The translations under genes and the position numbers were made by a program. This document shows positions 8,763 through 18,089 of a stretch of DNA of 64,000 nt, piece after piece. The first letter of the stretch is position 1. Every line of letters begins with the position of its first letter. This stretch comes from Solirubrobacterales bacterium. Lineage in GTDB: Bacteria > Actinomycetota > Thermoleophilia > Solirubrobacterales > 70-9. Where the stretch lies: the NCBI GenBank assembly GCA_035997045.1, contig DASYIY010000071.1, positions 6,358-70,357 of the forward strand, written 5' to 3'. Below the pieces are notes generated by a model. It was not told the DNA's origin. It worked only from the letters and a program-made list of their open reading frames with translations, and made no database searches.

Positions 8763-9971
8763 CTAGAGGAAGGTTTGGCCCTCGCCCCGGTAGGTCGGGA
8801 CGACATCGACGATCTCTCCCCCTTCGACCAGGTGGAGGGCGTCGAAGCGCTCGCAGAGCTCACCGGCCTTGGCGTGGCGCATGTAGACGCGATCGCCGAT
8901 CTGCAGGTCGCGGGCCGCGGCGCCGCTGAGCGGGGTCTGTACCTCACCGGCGCCCTCCTCTTCGTCGAGCTCGAGGCCGGCGGGCAGCCACGGAGACGGA
9001 AGCCGTGCAGTGTCGCCGTTGCCCGAGGCGAGGTAGCCGCCGCCGAGTGCCGTGGCAACGCCAGCCGTTGGCTTGCGCACGATCGGCAGGGCGAAGCCGG
9101 CGGCTGGCGTCAGCGTGAAGCGGCTGTAGCTGTCGAAGAGGGTCGGGGCGTAGAAGCCAGAGCCGGCGGCGATCTCCGTTACGGCGTCCTCGGCACCGGT
9201 CAGCTCGAGGCTGCCGGTGCCGCCGCCGTTGACGATCGGCAGCTCGGCGAACTCGCGGATCGCGGCAACCACCGCGCCGCGCCGCCCGGCTAGCTCGGCG
9301 GCTGAGCGGCGCTGCATCGTCCGGATCATGGCGCCGCGCAGGCGCCGGCCAGGAGGCTGGTCGCCGACGCCGGCGATCTGGCCCTCGTAGGACATCAGCG
9401 CCGCCAGCTCGATCTGGGGGCGGCGCTCGATCTCTTGGGCCAGGGCTACTGCCTGCTCGACCGTGTGCACGGGCGAGCGCTTCGGCCCGACCTTGATCCG
9501 CCCGCCCAGCGCCCACCAACCCGCGTCGAGGTCGATGCAGACCCGTACCGGTGCGGCGCCCGCTCCCAGCACCGACTCGATCGCGTCGAGGTGCCCGGTG
9601 CAGTCGACCATGACGATCGGCGCGCCCTCGGGGTTGGCGACGGAGCGCAGCGCCAGCTCGCCCAACGCCCCGGTGTCGGCCGTCGGGTAGGCGAGCAGGA
9701 GGTTCTCGAAGCCGCTCTCCGCAAGCCAGAGCGTCTCCGGCAGGGTGAACGTCATCAGACCGGCGAAGCGCTCGTCGCGGCGCAGGATCCGCTCGAGCAG
9801 GTCGCGGCAGCGCACCGACTTGCTGGCCACGCGGATCGGCTTCGCCCCCGCTCGCGCCAACATCGCGTCGCCGTTCGCCCACATCGCATCGAGGTCGACG
9901 AAGGCGAACGGCGCCTCGACCTGCTCGAAGATCTGCTCTAGCTGCAAGTGGGAGCGGTCCGGCACGACCAC
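8763..9971 (-). CDS. PLP-dependent enzyme with alanine-racemase-type N-terminal barrel (D-serine dehydratase / D-threonine aldolase-like)
   Basis: 402 aa. PIRVASKSVRC (probable PLP-Lys region) and overall resemblance to DSD1-type amino acid aldolase/deaminases. Confidence 0.55.
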   Translation of the reverse strand: MVVPDRSHLQLEQIFEQVEAPFAFVDLDAMWANGDAMLARAGAKPIRVASKSVRCRDLLERILRRDERFAGLMTFTLPETLWLAESGFENLLLAYPTADTGALGELALRSVANPEGAPIVMVDCTGHLDAIESVLGAGAAPVRVCIDLDAGWWALGGRIKVGPKRSPVHTVEQAVALAQEIERRPQIELAALMSYEGQIAGVGDQPPGRRLRGAMIRTMQRRSAAELAGRRGAVVAAIREFAELPIVNGGGTGSLELTGAEDAVTEIAAGSGFYAPTLFDSYSRFTLTPAAGFALPIVRKPTAGVATALGGGYLASGNGDTARLPSPWLPAGLELDEEEGAGEVQTPLSGAAARDLQIGDRVYMRHAKAGELCERFDALHLVEGGEIVDVVPTYRGEGQTFL

Positions 9972-10022
9972 GAGACTAACCGCGTCACCTCCCGTGACTT
10001 CCTACAATCGGGCGGAACGCCC

Positions 10023-10111
10023 GGAGAGGTGGCCGAGTGGCTGAAGGCACTCGCCTGCTAAGCGAGTAGGGGGCGCAAGCTCTCTCGAGGGTTCGAATCC
10101 CTCCCTCTCCG
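10023..10111 (+). tRNA. tRNA-Ser (anticodon GCU)
   Basis: GGAGAGG acceptor stem, anticodon loop CTGCTAA, long variable arm, T-arm GAGGGTTCGAATCCCTC, discriminator G. Confidence 0.9.
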
Positions 10112-10164
10112 CTTCAGCCTGGCCGCAACTTTGATCGCTCAGTGACCTTTTAGTAGTTGAGCGT

Positions 10165-10377
10165 ATGGAGTCTGGGGCGAAACAGGAGAGGAATCGAGTG
10201 CCGGCCGATAGCGTGCTCGAGAACCAGCTTCGGGCGCGGTTGGCGGCGGAGCTGAAGCCGCGCAGCACGAGCGCATCGGAGTTGGCCGTGGCCCTGGGAG
10301 AGCCGTTGGCGCTGGTCACCTACCACTGCCGCGTATTGGAGCAATTTGACGGCCCTGCGCCGTCTGGCAGCTCCTAG
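10165..10377 (+). pseudogene. Truncated ArsR-like winged-helix fragment (wing missing)
   Basis: 70-aa ORF. SELAVALGEPLALVTYHCRVLEQ resembles the recognition helix of ArsR-type HTH proteins. The ORF stops 1 nt before the convergent P450 stop, with no wing region. Confidence 0.35.
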
Positions 10378-11805
10378 TCAGGTGCGGGCGCGCAGGACGA
10401 CGCGGCCGCCGCGGGCGGGGATCATCGTCACGTTGCGGTGCAGCGCGCGCTCTGGCTCGGGCTCGGCCGCCTCGAGGTCGAGCCGGCGGGCCGTCGCCTC
10501 CAGCACGACGCGCATCTCGGCCATCGCCAAAGCGGCGCCGAGGCAGCGGCGAATGCCGCCGCCGAAGGGGATCCACTCGTAGGTGCCGGGTTTGCGGCCG
10601 AGCCAGCGCTCGGGGCGAAACTCGAAGGGCTCCGGATAGAGGTCCTCGCGGTGGTGGACGAGGAGGATGCTCATCCCGATCGGCGTGTTGGCGGAGACGC
10701 CGTAGGGGCCGAGTTGCCAGGGCACCGTTACGCGGCGGCCGATGAACGGAACGACGGGGCGGGAGCGCATGCTCTCGACGATCGTCGCCTCGACCTGCTC
10801 CTCGGCGTTACCGCCGTTGCGGGTCGCCTCGCGCAACGCCTCGTGGGCTTGCGGGTTGCGCACCAGGCGCTCCCAAGCCCAGGCGAGTGAGTTGGCCGTC
10901 GTCTCGTGGCCGGCGAGGACAAGGGTGAGGAGCTCGTCGCGGACTTCTTTGTCGTCCATCGCATCGCCGTCCTCGGTTCGCGCCTGCAGGAGCAGGGAGA
11001 GGATGTCGCGTCGCTCGGCCAGGTGCTCGTCGGCGCGGCGGGCGCGGATCACCGCGTAGGTGGGGCGGTCGAGCAAGGTGACGCCGAGCTTGATCAACCC
11101 GGAGGCGTCTTCGCGGCCGATGCTGAGCAGTTCGCCGGCCTGGCCGAGCGGCGAGGTCGAGATGTTGACCATGCGCTTGACCGTCGAGCGCATCCGATCC
11201 TCCGGAGTGCCGCGCTCGGGCCTGCCCTCGATGCCGAAGATCCCGGCCATGATCACGTCGAGGGTGATCGCCTGCATCCGCGGTGCGATGGCGAAGGGCT
11301 TGTTGAGCGGCCAGCGGTCGAGCTCGCGTTCGGTCGCCGTCGCGATCATTTCGGTGTAGCGCTCGATCGCCTCGCCATGGAAGGGCGGCAGCAGCAGCTT
11401 GCGCTGGCGCATGTGCCGCTCGCCGAGCGAGGTGAGGACGGAGCCGGTGCCGAGGATCGGCCGCAGCGGCGACTCGCCGGTAAGCGACGGCGCCAGCTCG
11501 GGTTTGGCGGTGAAGAGCGAACGGACGTGGTCGGGGTGGCTGGTGACGACCGGACCGCCCGGCATCGCTGTGCGCATGCGGAAGGTCTCGCCGATGCGCC
11601 GGTGGGCGCCGAAGACGTACTCGATCTGGCGCATGCTGAAGCGCAACATCTGCGCGGTGCGGGGGAGCGGCACGATGGGAGGTTTGCCGAGATCGGCTAG
11701 CTCGGCCGACTCGATCGGTCCAGCGGGAGAGGGAGGCGCCTCGCCGACGAGGTGCGGGAAGGCTGGCTCCTCGGCGCTGGCGGGACGCTCGGCGACGCTG
11801 CTCAC
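10378..11805 (-). CDS. Cytochrome P450
   Basis: Heme-binding signature FGGGIRRCLGAALA, I-helix AGHETTA, ExxR region. Confidence 0.9.
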   Translation of the reverse strand: MSSVAERPASAEEPAFPHLVGEAPPSPAGPIESAELADLGKPPIVPLPRTAQMLRFSMRQIEYVFGAHRRIGETFRMRTAMPGGPVVTSHPDHVRSLFTAKPELAPSLTGESPLRPILGTGSVLTSLGERHMRQRKLLLPPFHGEAIERYTEMIATATERELDRWPLNKPFAIAPRMQAITLDVIMAGIFGIEGRPERGTPEDRMRSTVKRMVNISTSPLGQAGELLSIGREDASGLIKLGVTLLDRPTYAVIRARRADEHLAERRDILSLLLQARTEDGDAMDDKEVRDELLTLVLAGHETTANSLAWAWERLVRNPQAHEALREATRNGGNAEEQVEATIVESMRSRPVVPFIGRRVTVPWQLGPYGVSANTPIGMSILLVHHREDLYPEPFEFRPERWLGRKPGTYEWIPFGGGIRRCLGAALAMAEMRVVLEATARRLDLEAAEPEPERALHRNVTMIPARGGRVVLRART

Positions 11806-11880
11806 CGGCCCATTGTCACAGAGATCGGTGTCAAGGTCGCATCTGCGAGGTGCGATGCGTCACGCACTACAGTCATAACG

Positions 11881-13296
11881 ATGCAGCCGAGCAGGCGGAC
11901 AAAGATCATCGCCACGGTGGGGCCGGCGAGCTGGGGCGCCGACGTCCTGCCGCGCTTGATCGAGGCCGGCGCCGACGTCCTCCGGCTCAACTTCTCCCAC
12001 GCTGACCGCGACCGTCACGCACGCACGGTTGAGGCGATCCGGGCCGCCGCCGAGCAGGCCGGGCGCGAGGTCGCGGTGCTCGGCGACCTGCCGGGCCCGA
12101 AGCTGCGGATCGGCGAGCTGCGCGACGACGTCGCCGAGCTGGAGACCGGGATGCACGTGAAATTGACCCCGCAGAAGGTCGAGGGCGACCGCGAGACGAT
12201 CCCGGTCACCTGGCAGGGAGTCACCTCACTGCGCGAGGACGAACCCGTCTACCTCGCCGATGGCTCGATTCGCCTGCGCGTGCGTGGGCCGGAAGACGGG
12301 GGCATCGACTGCGAGGTCGAGGTCGGTGGCACGCTCTCCTCGCACAAGGGGATGAACGTGCCCGGCATTGTCACCCCGGCCGCGACCGCCGGCGACCTCG
12401 GCTGGGTCGAGTTCGCGGTCGAACAGGGCATCGACCTGCTCGCTGTTTCGTTTGTCTCAACGGCCGCTGACCTCGAGCCGGTGAGCGAGCGGCTGCGCGC
12501 GCTCGGTTCCGACATCCCGCTGATCGCCAAGATCGAGAAGCAGACGGCGGCCGAGAACGCCGAGGAGATCGTTGCCGCTGCGACCGGCGGGATCATGGTC
12601 GCCCGCGGCGATCTCGGGATCGAGGTGCCGCTCGCCCAGGTGCCGGTTCTGCAGAAGCGCCTGATCCGCGCCGCCGGCAAGCGCTCCAAGCCGGTGATCA
12701 CGGCGACCCAGATGCTGGCCTCGATGGTGATCGCACGCCGCCCGACGCGAGCCGAGGTGACCGACGTTGCCAACGCGATCTACGACGGCACCGACGCGGT
12801 AATGCTCTCCGAGGAGACCGCCGTAGGCCAGCACCCGATCGAGTCGGTGCGGGTGATGGACCAGATCGCCCGTGCCACCGAGCCCGACCTCCCCTACGGC
12901 GAGTGGCTCTTCGGCCGCACCGACCAGGCGACCCAGGACGTCGCCGACTCGGTCGCCCAAGGCGCCGTCGGTGCGGTCTATCGCCTCGGCCTCTCGGCCC
13001 TGGTCGTGCCGACGACCAGCGGCCGCACCGCGCGATTGGTCTCCGCCCACCGCCCCAACGTGCCGGTGCTGGCGATCTCACCGCGGATCGACACCGTGCG
13101 TCGCCTCAACCTGCTCTTCGGTGTCAAGGCGGTGCTGCACGAGCAGGAGACCGACATTCGCACCCTGCTCCACGATTGCGCCGGGCTCGCCGGCGAACAG
13201 GGCATCGCCGCCTCCGGCGACCTGATCGCGATTACCGCGGGCCTGCCCGAGCAGGAGCTGGGCACGAATTTGTTCGAGGTCCATAGGGTTCCCTGA
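11881..13296 (+). CDS. pyk: Pyruvate kinase
   Basis: RRTKIIATVGPAS, LRLNFSHA, MVARGDLGIEVP and MLSEETAVG motifs. The start is set to ATG 11881; the upstream part of the 11752 ORF overlaps the P450 start. Confidence 0.9.
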   Translation: MQPSRRTKIIATVGPASWGADVLPRLIEAGADVLRLNFSHADRDRHARTVEAIRAAAEQAGREVAVLGDLPGPKLRIGELRDDVAELETGMHVKLTPQKVEGDRETIPVTWQGVTSLREDEPVYLADGSIRLRVRGPEDGGIDCEVEVGGTLSSHKGMNVPGIVTPAATAGDLGWVEFAVEQGIDLLAVSFVSTAADLEPVSERLRALGSDIPLIAKIEKQTAAENAEEIVAAATGGIMVARGDLGIEVPLAQVPVLQKRLIRAAGKRSKPVITATQMLASMVIARRPTRAEVTDVANAIYDGTDAVMLSEETAVGQHPIESVRVMDQIARATEPDLPYGEWLFGRTDQATQDVADSVAQGAVGAVYRLGLSALVVPTTSGRTARLVSAHRPNVPVLAISPRIDTVRRLNLLFGVKAVLHEQETDIRTLLHDCAGLAGEQGIAASGDLIAITAGLPEQELGTNLFEVHRVP

Positions 13297-13324
13297 GGTA
13301 TTCGAGAACGACGAGGAGGCGCGG

Positions 13325-14116
13325 GTGAGCGAGGGAGACGTAGTGGTTCGTGTGGAGCGCGACGAGGGTGGGCTCGCAGTGATGACCCTCGACAGCCCGC
13401 CGCTCAATCTCTTCGACAGGAGCATGTTCGACGGCCTGCTGGCTGCGGTCGACGACGTTGAGGGCGACCCACCGCGGGCGCTGCTAGTCCGTGCCGAGGG
13501 TCGCGCCGTCTCCGGTGGCGTCAACGTCGCCGAGTTCGACGGCCTTACCCCCGAGCGGGCGAGTGAGCTCTGGGACGAGCTGATCGGCGTCGTCGAGCGG
13601 GTCGAAGCGCTGCCGTTGCCGGTCGTCTTCGCCGCCCACGCGCTCACCCTGACCGCAGCCTTCGAGCTGGCGCTGGGCTGCGACCTGATTCTCGCCGCCC
13701 GCTCGGCCAAGTTCGGCCTGGTCGAGAAAGTGGTCGGCCTGACGCCGTCGATGGGCGGCACGCAGCGGCTCGCGGAGCGGGCCGGCAGCGGCCGCGCCCG
13801 TGAGTTCGTGATGACCGGCGAGCTGTACGGCGCGGAGGAGATGGAGCGCTGGAACGTCGTCAACCGTGTCTTCGACGACGAGGGCTTCGACGAGCGAGCG
13901 CGCGCCTTTGCCTCTGAGCTGGCCGCCGGTCCGACCAAGGCCCACGCGATGACGAAGCTGGTCTTGCGCCGCTTTCGCGAGGGCGGGATTCCGGCGGCCG
14001 ATGAGGCGATCCGCACCGAGGCCGGCGAGCTGTTCGCCACCGAGGATCTGCAGCGGGCGGTCAAGACCTTCCTCGAGCATGGCGGGCCAGGCCACGCCAG
14101 CTTCGAGGGTCGCTGA
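13325..14116 (+). CDS. Enoyl-CoA hydratase/isomerase (crotonase) family protein
   Basis: 263 aa, crotonase-like (LDSPPLNLF..., AVSGGVNV, AHALTLTAAFELALGCDL). Confidence 0.75.
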   Translation: MSEGDVVVRVERDEGGLAVMTLDSPPLNLFDRSMFDGLLAAVDDVEGDPPRALLVRAEGRAVSGGVNVAEFDGLTPERASELWDELIGVVERVEALPLPVVFAAHALTLTAAFELALGCDLILAARSAKFGLVEKVVGLTPSMGGTQRLAERAGSGRAREFVMTGELYGAEEMERWNVVNRVFDDEGFDERARAFASELAAGPTKAHAMTKLVLRRFREGGIPAADEAIRTEAGELFATEDLQRAVKTFLEHGGPGHASFEGR

Positions 14117-14136
14117 ACGGGGTAGGGTTCGCGCCG

Positions 14137-14607
14137 ATGACGGACTTCGACGCGATCGCCAAAGGGATGACTCTCGCCGTGCCTTTTGCCGGGCATTTGG
14201 GACTTGAGATCACCCACGTCGCCGAGGGCGAGGCGCTCGTCGTGCTCCCCGAGGGCCACGAGCTGACCAACCACGTCGGTTCCCAGCACGCCGGCGCCCT
14301 CTTCACCGTGGCCGAGACGGCATCCGGGGCCGCCTTCGTCGGCGCCTTCGCCGAGCGCATGGGCGACGTCACCCCGCTCGCCCGCAACGCCGAGATCTCC
14401 TACGAAAAGATCGCCAAGGGCCCGATCGAGGCAAGCGCCAAGCTGGGCGTCGATCCAGCCGCGGCCCTGGCCACCCTCGACGCCGAGGGCAAGGTCGTCT
14501 TCCCCTGCGAGGTAGAGCTGAACGACGCCGACGGCCAGCGCGTAGCGACGGCCGTAGTCCAGTGGCACGTGCGGCTGAACAAGCCCACCGAGCCCGAAGC
14601 CGCCTAA
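14137..14607 (+). CDS. Hotdog-fold thioesterase (PaaI/YiiD-like)
   Basis: 156 aa. NHVGSQHAGALFTVAETASG is typical of PaaI-type hotdog thioesterases. Confidence 0.6.
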   Translation: MTDFDAIAKGMTLAVPFAGHLGLEITHVAEGEALVVLPEGHELTNHVGSQHAGALFTVAETASGAAFVGAFAERMGDVTPLARNAEISYEKIAKGPIEASAKLGVDPAAALATLDAEGKVVFPCEVELNDADGQRVATAVVQWHVRLNKPTEPEAA

Positions 14608-14661
14608 CCAGGCCCCCAAGTCCCTAGAATCGCCGTCCGGGCATTCCAAGCCCACAATCCC

Positions 14662-14735
14662 GCGCCAGTAGCTCAGTTGGATAGAGCGTCGGTCTACGAA
14701 ACCGAAGGTCACAGGTTCGAATCCTGTCTGGCGCG
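14662..14735 (+). tRNA. tRNA-Arg (anticodon ACG)
   Basis: GCGCCAG acceptor stem, D-arm GCTCAGTTGGATAGAGC, anticodon loop CTACGAA, T-arm ACAGGTTCGAATCCTGT. Confidence 0.9.
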
Positions 14736-14779
14736 TTCGCGCAGGGGTCGCAGCGCCCGGGCCTTGCAAGGATTCGCGC

Positions 14780-14905
14780 GTGGTCGAGGGTTCCGCAGAG
14801 CAGAACGTCAACTTGGTCGCTGAGCTGCATCGGCGGCAGGGCGAGATGTATGCGGGTGGCTCTGGGCTGCGGGCGAGCCGCGTTAGCTCCCTCCGCCGCG
14901 TTTGA
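14780..14905 (+). pseudogene. Possible N-terminal fragment of an NTF2/SnoaL-like gene
   Basis: 41-codon ORF (VVEGSAEQNVNLVAELHRRQGEMYAGG...). It resembles the N-terminus of NTF2-like proteins, then terminates just before the convergent P450 stop. Confidence 0.25.
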
Positions 14906-14913
14906 ACTCGCCG

Positions 14914-16275
14914 CTAGGCGGCCACGGGCGCTTTTCGGCGCTTAGCCAGGATGGCTTGTGCCCCATGCGAGGGCCTGACCGTGATGTTGCGGCGGCGGGC
15001 AACCTCGGGGCCAGTGGCTTTGGGCATGAGCTCGAAGCTGGCGAGGGCGCTGCGGAGGACGATCTTCATCTCCAGCATCGCGAAGCTGGCGCCCAGACAA
15101 CGGCGGCGGCCGCCGCCGAAGGGGATCCAGGTGTAGGTGCCCGGTTGCTCGTCGAGGAAGCGCTCCGGGCGGAAGGTGTCGGGATCCGGATAGATCTCGG
15201 GGTCGTGGTGGATCAGGTAGCTGTTGAGGACGAGGCTGCAGCCCACCGGATAGGTCCAGCCGCCGATCTCGATCGGCTTGGCGACCAGGCGGGGGGCGAC
15301 GTTGGGCAGCACTGGCCGGATCCGCAGCGTCTCCTGGATCGTCGCCGTCAGGTAGGCGTCCTCGCCGGCGTCGATCTCCTCGACCAGCCGGTCCAGCACC
15401 CGCGGGTCGTGGCCGAGGCGCTCGAAGGCCCAGGCTAGGGTCGAGGCCGTCGTCTCGTGGCCGGCGATCAGCAGCGTCATCAGCTCGTCGCGGATCTCCT
15501 GCTCGCCCATCGGCGAACCGTCGTCGTGGCGCGCCTCGACCAGCATCGCCAGCACGTCGTCGCGCTCGGCGCTTTCTGTACGGCGCTCGACGATCAGCTC
15601 GAAGAGCAGCTCGTCGACCTCTTCCTGCATGCGGACGAAGTGGGCGAAGGGGCCGACTCGTTCGGCGATCCGCGCCGCAACGCTGTCCTTCGGCGGCGGC
15701 ATCAGGCTGACCGGCTTGTCGCCGAACTCGAGCATCGCCTGCAGCCGCTCGCGAAGGGTCTCGAAGCGCGCCCCGGGATCGAGCCCGAAGACGGCGCGGA
15801 GGATGATCCTCAGCGTCAGGTCCTGCATGCGCGGGTGCAGTTCGACCGGCACGTCTCGCGGCAGCTGCGCCAGCTCCTCGCTCGTCACTTCTTCCATCAG
15901 GCCGGTCAGGCGCTCCATGCGCTCGCCGTGGAAGGCCGGCAGCAGCAGCTTGCGCTGTCCCATGTGCGCCGATTCGTCGAGCAGCAGCACCGAGTTGCCG
16001 CCGACTATCGGCTCGAGGACGCGCGCTCCCTGGCCCGGGCGCAGGACGTCGGGCGGGGCGGTGAAGACTTCCTTCACCTCCGCCGGGTCGGTCAGCATCA
16101 CGAAGGACGGCGAGAGCGGCAGCTTGATCGTGAAGCGCTTGCCGTAGCGCTCGCGGCACTGCCGCAGGAAGGCGAAGGGGCGCGTCCAGAAGCCGATGCT
16201 CTGGATCGCGGAGGGGTAAGGGGGACCGGGCGGTAGGCCAGTTGGTCTCATCTTCTCGACCGTCGAGTATTCCAC
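14914..16275 (-). CDS. Cytochrome P450 (paralogue of 10378..11805)
   Basis: FGGGRRRCLGASFA heme signature and AGHETTA I-helix. Alignable along its length with the other P450. GTG start. Confidence 0.9.
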   Translation of the reverse strand: MEYSTVEKMRPTGLPPGPPYPSAIQSIGFWTRPFAFLRQCRERYGKRFTIKLPLSPSFVMLTDPAEVKEVFTAPPDVLRPGQGARVLEPIVGGNSVLLLDESAHMGQRKLLLPAFHGERMERLTGLMEEVTSEELAQLPRDVPVELHPRMQDLTLRIILRAVFGLDPGARFETLRERLQAMLEFGDKPVSLMPPPKDSVAARIAERVGPFAHFVRMQEEVDELLFELIVERRTESAERDDVLAMLVEARHDDGSPMGEQEIRDELMTLLIAGHETTASTLAWAFERLGHDPRVLDRLVEEIDAGEDAYLTATIQETLRIRPVLPNVAPRLVAKPIEIGGWTYPVGCSLVLNSYLIHHDPEIYPDPDTFRPERFLDEQPGTYTWIPFGGGRRRCLGASFAMLEMKIVLRSALASFELMPKATGPEVARRRNITVRPSHGAQAILAKRRKAPVAA

Positions 16276-16485
16276 GACTGAGAGATTTGCTTCAATCGGA
16301 TCACCAGAGAAAGGAGGTGGTCCTATTTTGAGTCACATGCTTCAGGGGACACTGGAGGTGCAGGGCCGCTAGGCGCCGCACTGTTTCGGCCGCCCGGCGG
16401 AATCCAACCCGGGCACCGGCGAGCAAAGGGAGACCGGGCGTTGTCCCACCCGGCCGTGGTTCCCGCGTTCGTTCCCAAGCACCTG

Positions 16486-16513
16486 GCAAGGGCCGCCTCC
16501 GGGCGGCCCTTGC
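16486..16513 (+). terminator. Orphan 12-bp GC-rich hairpin followed by TCTTTG
   Basis: GCAAGGGCCGCC-tccg-GGCGGCCCTTGC, then tctttg. No annotated plus-strand gene lies upstream. Confidence 0.4.
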
Positions 16514-16564
16514 TCTTTGATCGCGCCTTGCAATGCAAGTGCTCCGCAGGCTAGGGTGGGCGCA

Positions 16565-16852
16565 ATGGCGGTCAAGCTTCATCGCTGCTCGGCAATGTGG
16601 GTCAAGATCGACGCCCACCCCTGCTGGCGTGTGCAGAAGGCACTCGATGAGCAGGGGGTCGAGTACGAGGTCGTCAAGGGGCCGCTGCGCCCCGGCAAGC
16701 GCGAAGAGCTCGACCAGCTCTCGGGCCAGCGCAAGTACCCGGTGATCGAGTTCGAGGACGGCCGCTCCTACCGCGCCGAGTCCGCCGAGATGGCGGAGAA
16801 GATCCGCGCCGGAGAGCTTTTCGACGGGCCCGCGGCCGGCCCAGCCGCGTAG
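16565..16852 (+). CDS. Small thioredoxin-fold protein (glutaredoxin / GST N-terminal-like)
   Basis: 95 aa. MAVKLHRCS..HPCWRVQKALDEQGVEYEVV...KYPVIEFEDG resembles glutaredoxin-like thioredoxin-fold proteins. Confidence 0.5.
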   Translation: MAVKLHRCSAMWVKIDAHPCWRVQKALDEQGVEYEVVKGPLRPGKREELDQLSGQRKYPVIEFEDGRSYRAESAEMAEKIRAGELFDGPAAGPAA

Positions 16853-17496
16853 TGGCCAAGCTCAGGTTCCAGATCTCGGTCTCGCTCGACGGCTTCATCG
16901 CCGGACCGGACCCGAGTGAGGAGGACCCGCTCGGCAAGGGCGGGATGCAGCTGCACGAGTGGGCCTTCAAGCTCGCCGCCTGGCGCGAGCCGCACGGCCG
17001 CGAGGGCGGCGAGGTCAACGCCAGCACCGCGATCATGGAGGAAGCGCTCAGCAACGTCGGCGCGACCGTGATGGGCCGCAAGATGTTCGGCGGCGATCCG
17101 GGGCCCTGGGGCGAGGATCCGTGGGATGGCTGGTGGGGTGACGACCCGCCCTTCCACACCCCCGTCTTCGTCCTCACCCACCACGAGCGCGAGCCGCTGG
17201 AGAAGCAGGGCGGCACGAACTTCACCTTCGTCACCGACGGCATCGAGTCGGCGCTGGAGCAGGCCAAGCAGGCGGCCGGCGGCAAGGACGTCTCGCTCGG
17301 CGGCGGCGCCGACGTCGCCCAGCAGTACCTGGCGGCTGGCCTTATCGACGTGCTCGAACTCAACGTCGTGCCGGTCCTGCTCGGCAGCGGCACGCGGCTC
17401 TTCGACAACCTCGGCGGTGCCGACCTCGGCTTCGAGCAGGTGCGGGCGATCGAAGCCCCCGGCGTCACCCACCTCAAGTACAGCCTCTCCGCCTAG
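16852..17496 (+). CDS. Dihydrofolate reductase family protein (RibD C-terminal domain-like)
   Basis: FQISVSLDGFIAGPD...VMGRKMF...PVFVLTHH...VVPVLLGSGTRLF. GTG start overlaps the upstream stop. Confidence 0.75.
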   Translation: MAKLRFQISVSLDGFIAGPDPSEEDPLGKGGMQLHEWAFKLAAWREPHGREGGEVNASTAIMEEALSNVGATVMGRKMFGGDPGPWGEDPWDGWWGDDPPFHTPVFVLTHHEREPLEKQGGTNFTFVTDGIESALEQAKQAAGGKDVSLGGGADVAQQYLAAGLIDVLELNVVPVLLGSGTRLFDNLGGADLGFEQVRAIEAPGVTHLKYSLSA

Positions 17497-18089
17497 ACCT
17501 CGATCCAGGTGCCTTTCGGGCCGAGGTTGCGGACCGGCGTCTCGCCGATTCGGCTCTCGCATCCCCACGACTCGTGGATGTGGCCGCAGACCGCCAGGCG
17601 GGGACGCTTCTCTTCGATCGCCCTCAGCAGGGCGGGGCTGCCGAAGTTCATCCCGGAGCCGTTGCTGTCGCAGTGATCGCGCGGAGGGGAGTGGAGGACG
17701 AGGATCGCGTTTTCGGGACAGGGCGCCAGCATCGCTGCCGCCCTCTCGTCGTCGAGGTCGAAGCTCCACTCCCAGGGGGTGGCGGGGACGCCGGCGCCGA
17801 GCCCGTAGAAATCGGCCCCCTCGATCCTCGTGCCGCTGCCGTGCAGGACCGTGGCGGCGTTCCAGCCCGTCGCGTCCTCGCGCAGCGCGTCCTCGGTCTC
17901 GTTGTTGCCCGGGACCAGCACGGTCGGCGTCTTTATCGCCGCCAGGGCGTCGATGGTTTCCGCCAGTCCCTCGTGTACCGAGGCGAAGTCGCCGGCCCCG
18001 ATCACCACGTCGGCCTCGGCCGACATCGCGACCAGCTCGGCCGCCTGGCCGAGGTCCCGGTGCAGGTCGCTGAAGGCGAGCAGCTTCAC
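17493..18089 (-). CDS. Metallophosphoesterase (calcineurin-like)
   Basis: MKLLAFSDLH, GAGDF, VPGNNE, VLHSPP and CGHIHE motifs. Confidence 0.8.
   Translation of the reverse strand: MKLLAFSDLHRDLGQAAELVAMSAEADVVIGAGDFASVHEGLAETIDALAAIKTPTVLVPGNNETEDALREDATGWNAATVLHGSGTRIEGADFYGLGAGVPATPWEWSFDLDDERAAAMLAPCPENAILVLHSPPRDHCDSNGSGMNFGSPALLRAIEEKRPRLAVCGHIHESWGCESRIGETPVRNLGPKGTWIEV

Noticed and set aside
13078-14811. 577-aa minus-strand ORF
   Set aside because: It is a shadow ORF antisense to the pyk 3' end, the crotonase gene and the thioesterase gene. It even runs across tRNA-Arg, and no motifs are recognisable.
16279-16320. Possible TPP riboswitch (CUGAGA box followed by ...GGAUCACCAGAGAAAGGA)
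   Set aside because: Only the CUGAGA hexamer and a loose pyrimidine-sensor-like stretch match. The required 5' helix would lie inside the P450 coding region, and no thiamine-related gene is downstream.
16404-16426. tRNA-like T-arm on the minus strand (GCCCGGGTTGGATTCCGCCGGGC)
   Set aside because: It lacks the GTTCGAATC consensus. No acceptor, D or anticodon arms can be built around it.
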